Of a stretch of 64,000 bases of DNA, positions 10,331-19,763 are shown in pieces (the first letter of the stretch is position 1; each line of letters opens with the position of its first letter). This DNA comes from Patescibacteria group bacterium (GTDB taxonomy: Bacteria > Patescibacteriota > Minisyncoccia > UBA6257 > 2-01-FULL-56-20). The stretch spans positions 18,774 to 82,773 of the forward strand of contig JANLHI010000031.1 in the NCBI GenBank assembly GCA_024654525.1, written 5' to 3'. A program made the position numbers and the translations under genes. The notes under the pieces were generated by a model that had not been told where the DNA came from, did no database searches, and saw nothing but the letters and a program-made list of their open reading frames with translations.

Positions 10331-13300
10331 ATGCATCAAAAAAAGCTTCCCACGAAAGATTTCTCGAGTTCGAAGCCGTTGGTACAACCGATAAATTTAA
10401 ATGAGGTACAGCTTGATTCATATAAGTGGTTTTTAGAAAAGGGACTCGCGGAACTTTTTCGCGAGGCTTCGCCTATTTGTGATCATACCGGAAAAGAAAT
10501 AGCCCTCTCGTTTGATGGGTATCGTTTTGACGAGCCAAAGTATGATGAAACGATGGCTCGATATAAAGATGCAACATACGAAGCGGCGTTGCGGGTAAAT
10601 GTTTCCATTGAGTATCTCAAGACGAAGCACAAAGAGACTCAGGAGATATATTTTGGAGATTTCCCCATTATGACGGAAAGGGGAACATTTATTATAAACG
10701 GAGTTGAGCGCGTGGTGGTGTCTCAGCTTATTCGTTCCGCGGGAGTGTATTTCACCGCAATACCATGGAGAGGACACAATCTTTTTGGCGCCAAGATTAT
10801 TCCAAATCGCGGTGCGTGGCTTGAATTTGAAACCGACATAGACGGTGTTATTGGCGTAAAAATCGACAGGCATCGTAAAACACCCGTGTCCGATCTCCTT
10901 CGCGTACTTGGACTTTCGAATGAAGAAATGCTCAAGACATTTGAGAATGTCGATACGGGTTCGGTGCGTTATATCGAAAACACACTTAAGAAAGATGTTG
11001 CAAAAGACAAAGATGAATCGTATCTCGAAATTTACAGACGTCTTCGTCCGGGAGATCCTGCAACCGCACAGACTGCAAAGGGACTTGTCGATGGCTTGTT
11101 CCAAAGATTTGATCGATATGACTTGGGCGAAGTAGGTCGGTTTAAAATGAATCAGCGACTCCTTCTTCCCAAAGAAAATGACACTCGTCTTCTTGAGATA
11201 AATGATATTGTGGCGATTGTACGTGAGATTATTGGTCTTAACAATAATCCCGAGGCGGGGCCGGACGATATTGATCATCTTGGTAACCGTCGCTTGAAAG
11301 CGGTGGGGGAATTGTTGCAAGGTCGTCTCCGGATAGGGCTTGCACGTTTGCGCCGTATCATCCAGGACAGAATGTCAACGCAAGCAAAGGAAGATATTCT
11401 TCCCGCACAGCTTATTAATTTCCGTCCTATCGTAGCGGTGGTGAAGGAATTTTTTGCATCATCTCAATTATCCCAGTTTATGGATCAGGTAAATCCATTG
11501 GCGGAGCTTGAGCATAAGCGTCGTATTTCCGCGCTTGGTCCCGGGGGGCTTACGCGAGAACGAGCGAGTTTCGAAGTTCGTGATGTACACCGTTCTCACT
11601 ATGGACGTATTTGTCCGATTCAAACACCGGAAGGAGCGAATATTGGTCTTATCAACTATTTGGCAAGTTTTGCAAAAATAAATCAGTTTGGATTTCTTGA
11701 AGCACCCTATGTGCGTGTGGAGAAGGGTCGTGTGACGGGTGATGTGGTATGGCTTGATGCGCTTGAAGAGGAGCGCGTGAAAATTACGCATGCGGGTGTG
11801 CCTCGCGACGAAAAAGGAAACATCACCGTATCTTTTGTCGAGGCGCGCGTGAAGGGTGATCCGGGAACTGTGGCATCAAATGAAGTTGACTATATTGATG
11901 TGGCTCCTCACGAGTTTATCAGTGTTGCGACATCTCTTATTCCTTTCTTGCAACACGATGATGCAAACCGTGCGCTTATGGGTAGTAACATGCAACGGCA
12001 GGCAGTGGGATCCGTTCGACCACAGGCTCCCTACGTGGGAACAGGAGAAGAAGAACGTGTTGCACAATATTCCGGATATGTAGTACTTGCTTCCGAAGAC
12101 GGTACCGTACTTGAAGCGGATGCGACTCATGTGAAGATGGACTACAAGAAGCTTGGTATTAAAAGCTATACGCTTCAAAAGTTTAAGCGTTCGAATCAAT
12201 TCACTTGCATTTCGCAACACCCCATCGTGGTTGCGGGGGATACGGTAAAAAAAGGAGATGTGCTTGTTGATGGCCCTTCTACGGAGAATGGTGTGCTTGC
12301 GCTTGGGCAAAATCTTCTTGTTTCGTTCATGTCGTGGGAAGGTGCAAACTTTGAAGACGCGATTATTCTTTCCGAGCGAGTAGTGCAAAATGACAATTTC
12401 TCCTCTATTCATATAGAGGATTATTATTGTGATGTTCGTGATACTAAGCTTGGTCCGGAAATTACTACGCCGGATATCCCTAATATTTCTGAAGAAAAAC
12501 TTCGCAACCTTGATGAAGAAGGAATTGTGCGTGTTGGTGCGGAGGTAAAAGCGGGTGATATTCTTGTAGGGAAAATTTCTCCGAAAGGAGAAGCGGAACT
12601 TACTGCGGAAGAACGCCTTTTGAGAGCTATTTTTGGAGAGAAGGCGCGCGATGTGAAAGATACATCTCTTACGCTTCCTCATGGAAAGAGAGGGCGTATC
12701 GTGAGTATTAAGGTTTTTGATCGTGAGCAAGGAGATAAATTGGAGCCGGGTATTATCAAACGGATTCAGGTTGAAGTCGCACAACTTCGTAAAGTGCAGG
12801 CGGGAGATAAGCTCGCCGGACGTCACGGAAATAAAGGTGTTATTTCGCAAGTACGTGCAGTTGAAGATATGCCATATCTTCCCGATGGAACTCCGGTTGA
12901 TATTATTTTGAATCCTCTTGGTGTGGTGTCGCGTATGAATTTGGGACAGGTACTTGAAACGCATCTTGGTCTCGCTGCTGCGAAACTTGGTTACCGCGCG
13001 ATAACGCCGGGGTTGGATTCGGCGAGTGAAGAAGATATCAAGAACGAATTGCGTGCGGCGGGATACCCGGAAGATGGAAAAACCGTGCTTTATGACGGAC
13101 GTACCGGAAAGCCTTTTGAAAATCGCGTTTCGGTGGGCGTTATTTATATGTTGAAACTGAACCACCTTATAGAAGACAAGGCGCATGTTCGTTCTATCGG
13201 GCCTTACTCGCTTATCACGCAACAGCCTCTTGGGGGAAAGGCGCAGTTTGGTGGACAGCGTTTCGGAGAAATGGAAGTGTGGGCGCTTGAAGGATATGGC

Positions 13301-16300
13301 GCTAAACATGTATTGCAGGAAATGCTTACCATCAAATCCGATGATGTGGTGGGACGTGCTGCGGCATACGAATCCATTATTCGTGGAGAAGTTATTAAAG
13401 AGCCGAATATTCCCGCATCATTTAATGTATTGGTGAATGAATTGAAATCGCTTGGGTTTAATATTGCTCCCATATACGAAGAAGTGGAATCTGTTCATCG
13501 TGAGAACTTTTCTGCACTTAAAATCAGCGTGGCGTCTCCGGAAAATATCAGTGAATGGTCACATGGAGAAGTTACGAAGCCTGAGACAATCAATTATCGT
13601 ACGCAACGACCTGAGAAAGACGGGCTTTTCTCGGAGCGTATTTTCGGTCCTACAAAAGATTATGAATGTTATTGCGGTAAGTATCGGCGCATTCGCTATA
13701 AAGGGGTGGTGTGTGACAAATGTGGCGTTGAAGTAACTCGAGCTTCGGTGCGACGTGAACGTATTGGTCATATTTCGCTTGCGGTGCCAGTTACTCACAT
13801 TTGGTTTTTAAAGAGCGTACCATCTCGGTTGAGTTTGATGCTTGATGTATCCTCAATGAAGCTCGAGAGGGTGGTGTATTACTCGGCGTACATTGTGACT
13901 GATGTTGATGAGACTCGGAAGCATGAGGCTCTTACGGAGCTTGAGCGTGAAGTGAAGGGTAAACTGAAAATTGTAGGTAAAGATAAAGAGGCAAAGAGCG
14001 AAGTGAATTCGGCGGCCGCAGACGTACGCGAAATGCTTGAAGGACTGAGGCGTGGACAAGTCCTTTCAGAAGGGGAATATTTCAGTTTGGCGCGCAGATT
14101 TGGAGGTGTGTTTACTGCAGGTACGGGAGCGAGCGCAATACGGAAAATTCTCGAGAAGATGGATCTTCGGAAGGAAATTCAGAGAACGGAAAAAGAAATT
14201 GAACTTTCTACCGGAAAAGTAGTGGATGCAAAACATCTTCGACGACTGAAGATGTTGAAGTCGATGCTTAAGAACGGTATTCGTCCCGAATGGATGGTAC
14301 TCACCACATTGCCGGTGCTTCCGCCCGACCTTCGTCCTATGGTGGCACTTGATGGAGGGCGTTACGCGACATCGGATTTGAATGATTTGTATCGGCGCGT
14401 TATCAATCGCAATAATCGGTTGAAGAAACTTCTTGAAATTAAAGCTCCCGATGTAATCGTGCAAAACGAAAAACGTATGTTGCAGGAAGCGGTGGATGCG
14501 CTTATCGATAATTCAGCTCGTTTCGGCACGCAACAGCTTTCCGCACAGCGAAGACCACTCCGCTCGCTCGCGGATATGCTTAAGGGAAAGCAAGGACGAT
14601 TCCGGCAAAATCTTTTGGGAAAGCGTGTGGATTATTCCGGTCGTTCCGTGATTGTGGTAGGTCCCAAACTTAAACTTGACGAATGCGGACTTCCTAAGCG
14701 TATGGCGCTCGAGCTTTTCCGTCCCTTTGTTATTTCTGAAATTGTCCGGCGTGGACTTGCACATAATATTCGTGGTGCATCGCGAGTAATTGAAGAGGGA
14801 GGGGATGACGTATGGGCTATCCTTGAGGAAATTATCAAGACGCGATATGTACTCTTGAACCGTGCACCGACATTACACAGGCTTTCTGTGCAGGCATTTC
14901 GTCCTATTCTTGTAGAAGGTCTTGCTATTCAAATTCCTCCGCTTGTCTGTGTGGCGTTTAACGCCGATTTTGACGGTGATCAGATGGCGGTACATCTTCC
15001 TCTTTCCGATGTTGCTCAGAAAGAAGCGCGCGAAGTGATGTCTGCGGCACTCAATCTTTTGAAGCCTGCGACGGGTGAACTTATTGTGAGTCCTACACAA
15101 GATATGGTATTGGGTTCGTATTATCTTACCCGATCTGATCCTGATTTTACCGGTACGCCAAAATCATTCCTTGATATCCGCGAAGCGATTCTCTCATACG
15201 ATATGGGAATAATTGCATTGCATACTCCTCTTGTCGTAAACGGGCTCGAGACAACACTTGGAAGACTTATTTTTAATGAAGCGCTTATGGGGACGGTGCC
15301 GTATGTGAATGAAGGATTCAACAAGAAAAAACTTTCTCGGTTGATTGAATCCATATTGAGTGCTCATGGCGTCGAGGTTGCGCGTGATGTGCTTGACCGT
15401 GTAAAACTTCTTGGGTTTGAGATGGCGACACTATCTGGTATCACGTGGGCTATTTCCGATCTTGCGACTCCTGTTGAAAAGGCAGATGTATTGGCTCGTT
15501 CGGAGGAAGCGGTATTACGTATTCGTGAGCAGTATCAAGATGGACTTTTGACTGTGCCGGAGCGTCGCGCGCGTGTGATTAGCGTATGGGAAGCCGCAAA
15601 AGCCGACATTGCAAAACTGGTTTCGGTTACGCTTTCTCCCACCAATCCCATTTATCAAATTGTCGATTCGGGGGCTCGTGGTTCATGGGCTCAGCCTATT
15701 CAGATGATGGGTATGAAGGGTTTGGTGCAAAATCCGAAGGGTGAAATTATAGAGCTTCCTCTTCGCTCTTCTCTTAAAGAAGGTCTTTCCGTGTTGGAAT
15801 ACTTTATTTCCACTCACGGTGCGCGTAAGGGAACGACCGATACGGCGCTCAAAACCGCTCAAGCGGGGTATCTTACTCGTCGTCTCGTGGATGTATCGCA
15901 AGATATCACTATTTCAGAGGAAGATTGCAAAACAAAGGAAGGAGTTGAGATGCGGCGTACAGGAGAAAAAGATTTTAACTTACCGTTTGGCACTCGTATT
16001 TTTTCGCGTACAGTTCTTGAAGATGTTCGTGTGGGAAAGAGGGTGGTGGTGAAAGCAGGAGAAATCGTGGATCGTGCTGCTGCCGATCTTATTGAGCAGT
16101 CTGATATAGATGTGGTGAAAATTCGTTCGCCTATTGCTTGTAAAACGTTGTATGGCATATGTGCAAAATGTTACGGCTATGATTTAAGCGATAATAAGCC
16201 CGTACAGCTTGGAACTGCGGTGGGAGTGGTTGCTGCGCAATCCATCGGTGAACCGGGAACGCAGCTTACCATGCGTACATTCCACCTTGGAGGTATGGCG

Positions 16301-17131
16301 GGTGTTGACATTACCCATGGATTGCCTCGAGTCGAAGAAATTTTCGAGGCGCGTCCTCCGAAGGGACGTGCGGCGCTTGCGCCCGCAGACGGCGTAGTAA
16401 CAAAAATTGAAGATCGTGGTGCGCTCAAGATACTTACTTTGCGATTGGAAGGGAAAAAGAAAGAAGTTGAACTGTCGGTGCCTCGTTCCGCCTTGCTTTT
16501 CACGGAAACAGGCAAAGAAGTGCATCGTGGCGATCGACTTTCGGAAGGGAATATCGACCTTCGCGAGCTTCTTGAGCTCAAAGGTATTTCTGACGTGGAG
16601 CGTTATATCGCAAGCGAAGTGCAGCAGATCTATCTTTCTGAAGGTGCCTACATTAACAATAAACATATTGATGTGATTGTACGTCAGATGTTCTCGCGTG
16701 TTCGCATAAAAGATGCGGGAGATGCACCGGATTTTGTAGCGGGTGAAATCATAGAGAAGCCCAAATTCCTTGAAGTGAATCGCGCGTTGAAAAAGGAAGG
16801 GCGAGCGCTTGCGAAAGCAGATCAGATACTTATGGGTATTACGCAGATATCTCTTACTACCGAAAGTTTCTTGTCCTCCGCATCTTTCCAAGATACCGCT
16901 CGCGTATTGGTGCGTGCCGCGGTTGAAGGGCGTGTTGATAAGCTTCGTGGCTTCAAGGAAAATGTGATTATTGGAAGGTTGATTCCGATTGGTAAGAGAA
17001 AATCATCGGTACAAGATGACGTTGCTGATGAACCGGAAAATATAAAAGAAGAGGAAGAGGGGAAAGTCGAGTCTTCCTCGGATGATTCTCAAAAGGAGAA
17101 AGGAGGGGTTGTCGAGGAAATCTCGGGTTGA
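10331..17131 (+). CDS. rpoBC: fused DNA-directed RNA polymerase beta-beta' (rpoB-rpoC in one 2266-aa ORF)
   Basis: The N-terminal ~1050 aa is RpoB (GPGGLTRERA, ICPIQTPEGANIG, HLIEDKAHVRSIGPYSLITQQPLGGKAQFGGQRFGEMEVWALE). From about nt 13489 it is RpoC (ISVASPENISEWSHGEVTKPETINYRT, zinc finger CYCGKY...CDKCGVEVT, NADFDGDQM). There is no stop or frameshift at the junction PIYEEVE|SVHRENFSALKI. Confidence 0.9.
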   Translation: MHQKKLPTKDFSSSKPLVQPINLNEVQLDSYKWFLEKGLAELFREASPICDHTGKEIALSFDGYRFDEPKYDETMARYKDATYEAALRVNVSIEYLKTKHKETQEIYFGDFPIMTERGTFIINGVERVVVSQLIRSAGVYFTAIPWRGHNLFGAKIIPNRGAWLEFETDIDGVIGVKIDRHRKTPVSDLLRVLGLSNEEMLKTFENVDTGSVRYIENTLKKDVAKDKDESYLEIYRRLRPGDPATAQTAKGLVDGLFQRFDRYDLGEVGRFKMNQRLLLPKENDTRLLEINDIVAIVREIIGLNNNPEAGPDDIDHLGNRRLKAVGELLQGRLRIGLARLRRIIQDRMSTQAKEDILPAQLINFRPIVAVVKEFFASSQLSQFMDQVNPLAELEHKRRISALGPGGLTRERASFEVRDVHRSHYGRICPIQTPEGANIGLINYLASFAKINQFGFLEAPYVRVEKGRVTGDVVWLDALEEERVKITHAGVPRDEKGNITVSFVEARVKGDPGTVASNEVDYIDVAPHEFISVATSLIPFLQHDDANRALMGSNMQRQAVGSVRPQAPYVGTGEEERVAQYSGYVVLASEDGTVLEADATHVKMDYKKLGIKSYTLQKFKRSNQFTCISQHPIVVAGDTVKKGDVLVDGPSTENGVLALGQNLLVSFMSWEGANFEDAIILSERVVQNDNFSSIHIEDYYCDVRDTKLGPEITTPDIPNISEEKLRNLDEEGIVRVGAEVKAGDILVGKISPKGEAELTAEERLLRAIFGEKARDVKDTSLTLPHGKRGRIVSIKVFDREQGDKLEPGIIKRIQVEVAQLRKVQAGDKLAGRHGNKGVISQVRAVEDMPYLPDGTPVDIILNPLGVVSRMNLGQVLETHLGLAAAKLGYRAITPGLDSASEEDIKNELRAAGYPEDGKTVLYDGRTGKPFENRVSVGVIYMLKLNHLIEDKAHVRSIGPYSLITQQPLGGKAQFGGQRFGEMEVWALEGYGAKHVLQEMLTIKSDDVVGRAAAYESIIRGEVIKEPNIPASFNVLVNELKSLGFNIAPIYEEVESVHRENFSALKISVASPENISEWSHGEVTKPETINYRTQRPEKDGLFSERIFGPTKDYECYCGKYRRIRYKGVVCDKCGVEVTRASVRRERIGHISLAVPVTHIWFLKSVPSRLSLMLDVSSMKLERVVYYSAYIVTDVDETRKHEALTELEREVKGKLKIVGKDKEAKSEVNSAAADVREMLEGLRRGQVLSEGEYFSLARRFGGVFTAGTGASAIRKILEKMDLRKEIQRTEKEIELSTGKVVDAKHLRRLKMLKSMLKNGIRPEWMVLTTLPVLPPDLRPMVALDGGRYATSDLNDLYRRVINRNNRLKKLLEIKAPDVIVQNEKRMLQEAVDALIDNSARFGTQQLSAQRRPLRSLADMLKGKQGRFRQNLLGKRVDYSGRSVIVVGPKLKLDECGLPKRMALELFRPFVISEIVRRGLAHNIRGASRVIEEGGDDVWAILEEIIKTRYVLLNRAPTLHRLSVQAFRPILVEGLAIQIPPLVCVAFNADFDGDQMAVHLPLSDVAQKEAREVMSAALNLLKPATGELIVSPTQDMVLGSYYLTRSDPDFTGTPKSFLDIREAILSYDMGIIALHTPLVVNGLETTLGRLIFNEALMGTVPYVNEGFNKKKLSRLIESILSAHGVEVARDVLDRVKLLGFEMATLSGITWAISDLATPVEKADVLARSEEAVLRIREQYQDGLLTVPERRARVISVWEAAKADIAKLVSVTLSPTNPIYQIVDSGARGSWAQPIQMMGMKGLVQNPKGEIIELPLRSSLKEGLSVLEYFISTHGARKGTTDTALKTAQAGYLTRRLVDVSQDITISEEDCKTKEGVEMRRTGEKDFNLPFGTRIFSRTVLEDVRVGKRVVVKAGEIVDRAAADLIEQSDIDVVKIRSPIACKTLYGICAKCYGYDLSDNKPVQLGTAVGVVAAQSIGEPGTQLTMRTFHLGGMAGVDITHGLPRVEEIFEARPPKGRAALAPADGVVTKIEDRGALKILTLRLEGKKKEVELSVPRSALLFTETGKEVHRGDRLSEGNIDLRELLELKGISDVERYIASEVQQIYLSEGAYINNKHIDVIVRQMFSRVRIKDAGDAPDFVAGEIIEKPKFLEVNRALKKEGRALAKADQILMGITQISLTTESFLSSASFQDTARVLVRAAVEGRVDKLRGFKENVIIGRLIPIGKRKSSVQDDVADEPENIKEEEEGKVESSSDDSQKEKGGVVEEISG

Positions 17132-17164
17132 CGCAATTCCAATATTCAAGTAACCTTTTTCGAC

Positions 17165-17575
17165 ATGGATACTGTATCACGTGAATATGAAGTGGCATTT
17201 CTTGTCCGCGAGGAAGATGGGGCGAGCAAAGTGGTCGCGCTTATTGGAAAGTATGGCACCATACTTTCGCAGGGGCAGTTAAAAAGAGTTGCCTTTGCGT
17301 ACCCGATTGAAAAAACCGCTGCGGGGTATTTTGGAACCGTAAAAGTTTCCGTATTGCCGGATGCAGTGGTGCGTCTTGAAAAGGACCTTGAAACGACGTC
17401 GGAAGCACTCCGGTCTTTGGTGCTTCGTCTTCCTGTAGTGAAAGAATCAAGCGTGCAAGATGAGCAATCGAAGCCGCGACGGGCGCGATTGTCCCGCAGT
17501 GAAGTATCTCCAAAGTCTTCTGCGACGCTTACCAACGAAGCTCTTGAGAAGAAGATAGAAGAGATATTACAATAG
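17165..17575 (+). CDS. rpsF: 30S ribosomal protein S6
   Basis: YEVAFLVRE... S6 fold signature; acidic/Lys-rich C-terminus. Confidence 0.8.
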   Translation: MDTVSREYEVAFLVREEDGASKVVALIGKYGTILSQGQLKRVAFAYPIEKTAAGYFGTVKVSVLPDAVVRLEKDLETTSEALRSLVLRLPVVKESSVQDEQSKPRRARLSRSEVSPKSSATLTNEALEKKIEEILQ

Positions 17576-17680
17576 GAGTAATCGCTAATAATGCGAATTA
17601 AGGCAAATAATGCTAATATGACAGCAAGCGGATTTATTCGCATTATTTAATCAAGATTTGCATTACTAGCGATTACTCCT
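17575..17680 (+). promoter_or_regulatory. large inverted repeat (19/20-bp arms) with a nested 12-bp perfect IR between rpsF and ssb
   Basis: ggagtaatcgctaataatgc (17575-17594) pairs with gcattactagcgattactcc (17661-17680); the inner aataatgcgaat pairs with attcgcattatt. The right arm ends at the ssb ATG, and no SD is present. Confidence 0.4.
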
Positions 17681-18160
17681 ATGAATCTCAACAAAGTTTT
17701 TCTCATTGGAAGACTGACTGCCGACCCGCAATTGCGGAATACGCCGGGGGGACAATCGGTGACTAGTTTCAGCGTTGCGACCAACCGCGTGTGGAACGAT
17801 AAATTGGGTTCGAAACAGAATGAGACCGAATATCATAATGTGGTAGCATGGGGAAGGAGCGCCGAAATCGCCTCGCAGTTTTTAAAGAAAGGAAGCATGG
17901 CGTTTGTTGAGGGACGTTTGAGAACGCGAACGTGGCAGGATAAACAGGGTCAGACAAGAAAGACGACAGAAATCATGCTTGAGCGTCTCCAATTGGGACC
18001 GCGCAGCATGGGAGGGGGAGGGTCCGGAGGAGATGCTCCTTTGGGAGGAGGGTTTGCTCCTGCTCAATCCCGCGAGGAAAGTATTGCGGAAGAAGTGCCG
18101 GTGATAGATATTGACGAAGAGGGAAAGGGTGAGATTAAAGAGGAAGACTTGCCTTTTTAG
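17681..18160 (+). CDS. ssb: single-stranded DNA-binding protein
   Basis: OB-fold N-terminal (VFLIGRLTADPQLR...), Gly-rich linker, acidic tail ending in DLPF. Confidence 0.85.
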   Translation: MNLNKVFLIGRLTADPQLRNTPGGQSVTSFSVATNRVWNDKLGSKQNETEYHNVVAWGRSAEIASQFLKKGSMAFVEGRLRTRTWQDKQGQTRKTTEIMLERLQLGPRSMGGGGSGGDAPLGGGFAPAQSREESIAEEVPVIDIDEEGKGEIKEEDLPF

Positions 18161-18242
18161 TGTTTCTGCGTTAAAAATGAGAAACTGGGAGTGGGGATAT
18201 TCCTTACTCCATTCTCTTTACTACTTACTTTCTCATAAAACC

Positions 18243-18407
18243 GTGGCAAAGAAAATAAAAACAACTTTAAAGTTGCAACTTGAAGCGGGTAAGGCAAACC
18301 CCTCTCCGTCGTTGCTCCGCTCCTCCTTAAAACCCATCGGTTTTAATATTTCCGCCACGGGAAAACTTCCGTTTTCCCGACCCTTTTCCCACGTCGCCGG
18401 ATTTTAG
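18243..18407 (+). pseudogene. degenerate duplicate of the rplK 5' end (L11 N-terminal fragment)
   Basis: A GTG-initiated frame encodes VAKKIKTTLKLQLEAGKANPSPS..., about 75% nt identity to the first ~110 nt of rplK (18420-18530). It then diverges and terminates. Confidence 0.35.
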
Positions 18408-18419
18408 TTATTTAAAGCA

Positions 18420-18845
18420 ATGGCAAAAAAAATCAAGACAAAACTTAAGTTACAATTATCTGCTGGTAAAGCGAATCCGGCTCCGCCCGTGGGAACGGCG
18501 CTTGGTCCCCATGGTATTAACATTGCCGAATTTTGTAAGCAGTTTAACGACAAAACAAAAGAAATGACGGGCGATGTGGTACCTGCGGAAATCACGATTT
18601 TCGAAGACCGAAGTTTCAGTTTTATTTTAAAGACTTCTCCGGCGTCTGCGCTTTTGCGTAAAGCGGCGGGAATTGAAAAGGGTTCTGCGGATCCGCTAAA
18701 AACGAAAGTAGGGAAAGTGACTAAGGCGGATGTGCGTGCGATTGCGGAAAAGAAAATGCCTGACTTAAACGCAAACGATTTGGACGCGGCGGAAAAGATT
18801 ATTCGAGGAACAGCGCGCTCGATGGGGATTGAAGTAATCGATTAG
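18420..18845 (+). CDS. rplK: 50S ribosomal protein L11
   Basis: [43 protein letters not shown]... is the canonical L11 N-terminus. Confidence 0.9.
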   Translation: MAKKIKTKLKLQLSAGKANPAPPVGTALGPHGINIAEFCKQFNDKTKEMTGDVVPAEITIFEDRSFSFILKTSPASALLRKAAGIEKGSADPLKTKVGKVTKADVRAIAEKKMPDLNANDLDAAEKIIRGTARSMGIEVID

Positions 18846-19060
18846 CCATATTGTGCGAAGGAGTGGTCGGGAGGAAAACCGCGAAGCGGATGTTAGAAAC
18901 CGTGGATTTCTAAGGAGAGAGCGAAGCGAACGACGCAGTATGGGAATAGAAGTAGTGGAGTAGTTTTGAGGTTTAACTTCTTTCAAGGAGGTTAAACTTC
19001 AGCAGGTTGGATTTTTCATAATATTGAGATGTTGAATCTAAATCTTTTCCCAAAATTAAA

Positions 19061-19097
19061 ATCAGCCGGTCCTTCTGGAGCCGGCTGATTTTTTTTT
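19061..19097. terminator. bidirectional rho-independent terminator between convergent rplK and the 19120-19686 gene
   Basis: Stem atcagccggtcc-ttc-tggagccggctgat, flanked by an A-run on the left and a T9 run on the right. Confidence 0.6.
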
Positions 19098-19119
19098 GTT
19101 GTGACACTACTTGGGAAAC

Positions 19120-19686
19120 TTACGAAGCGTAAGCTTGCAGTAAGTCCTTCGGTATTTTGCCGTCCCAGACGGGTATGCCTTGAGTATATACCATAAGCTC
19201 TCCTCGTTTGTTTCCTTTTGAGAATGCTAGCATCCTACCCCTTTTAAACCGAATGCAGAGTTGTCCTAGGGACTCATCTTTCACAAATCGGACCAGTCCA
19301 ATCTCCACATGGTCCCGATTGTTTGATTCATCTCCATCTTCACTAAAGTCGAGGACGATCCAGTGGTTGGGGTTTGTGAAGTTGGAGTCGTCATCATGAG
19401 GGAGAGGGGAGTAGACATAATAGGTGCTTCCCCAAAGCCAGAGAATGATTCCATCAAGTCGAATCATGTGAAAGCTTTCCGATCTTCCCCGCCATCTTTT
19501 GAAAAGGAAAATGAGAATCGCTTGTCTCCACTGACTTCCTTTGAAGGTTTTAGCTTCGTTATTGTCCCAGCCGACAGCTCTGTTGACGACCGTAATTTCT
19601 TTAACCGGATTTTGCACTGCGCATCCTTTCTCAAGGAACGTTAGCCATGCTTCCGATATTGCCGAATCGTTCAGCAAATCTAGCAC
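19120..19686 (-). CDS. hypothetical protein (Trp-rich, no recognisable domain)
   Basis: 188-aa ORF between terminators; no family signature seen. Confidence 0.4.
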   Translation of the reverse strand: MLDLLNDSAISEAWLTFLEKGCAVQNPVKEITVVNRAVGWDNNEAKTFKGSQWRQAILIFLFKRWRGRSESFHMIRLDGIILWLWGSTYYVYSPLPHDDDSNFTNPNHWIVLDFSEDGDESNNRDHVEIGLVRFVKDESLGQLCIRFKRGRMLAFSKGNKRGELMVYTQGIPVWDGKIPKDLLQAYAS

Positions 19687-19763
19687 GGTGACTATCTTTT
19701 ACTATCATTCAAGAGAAAAGTCAATGTAATTTTAGGAGAAAAACGCTGTATACTATTGTTATC

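Noticed and set aside
10433-13309. Long antisense ORFs (10433-11320 minus, 295 aa; 11876-13309 minus, 477 aa) inside rpoBC
   Set aside because: They lie antisense to a strongly conserved RNAP coding frame, have low-complexity, Arg/Phe/Ile-rich composition typical of the opposite strand of a codon-biased gene, and show no motif. They are spurious.
18846-19060. Possible rplA or small gene in the 215-bp gap after rplK
   Set aside because: No ORF of useful length in any frame and no L1-like peptide. The gap is left as non-coding (possible leader or sRNA), and it cannot be resolved from sequence alone.
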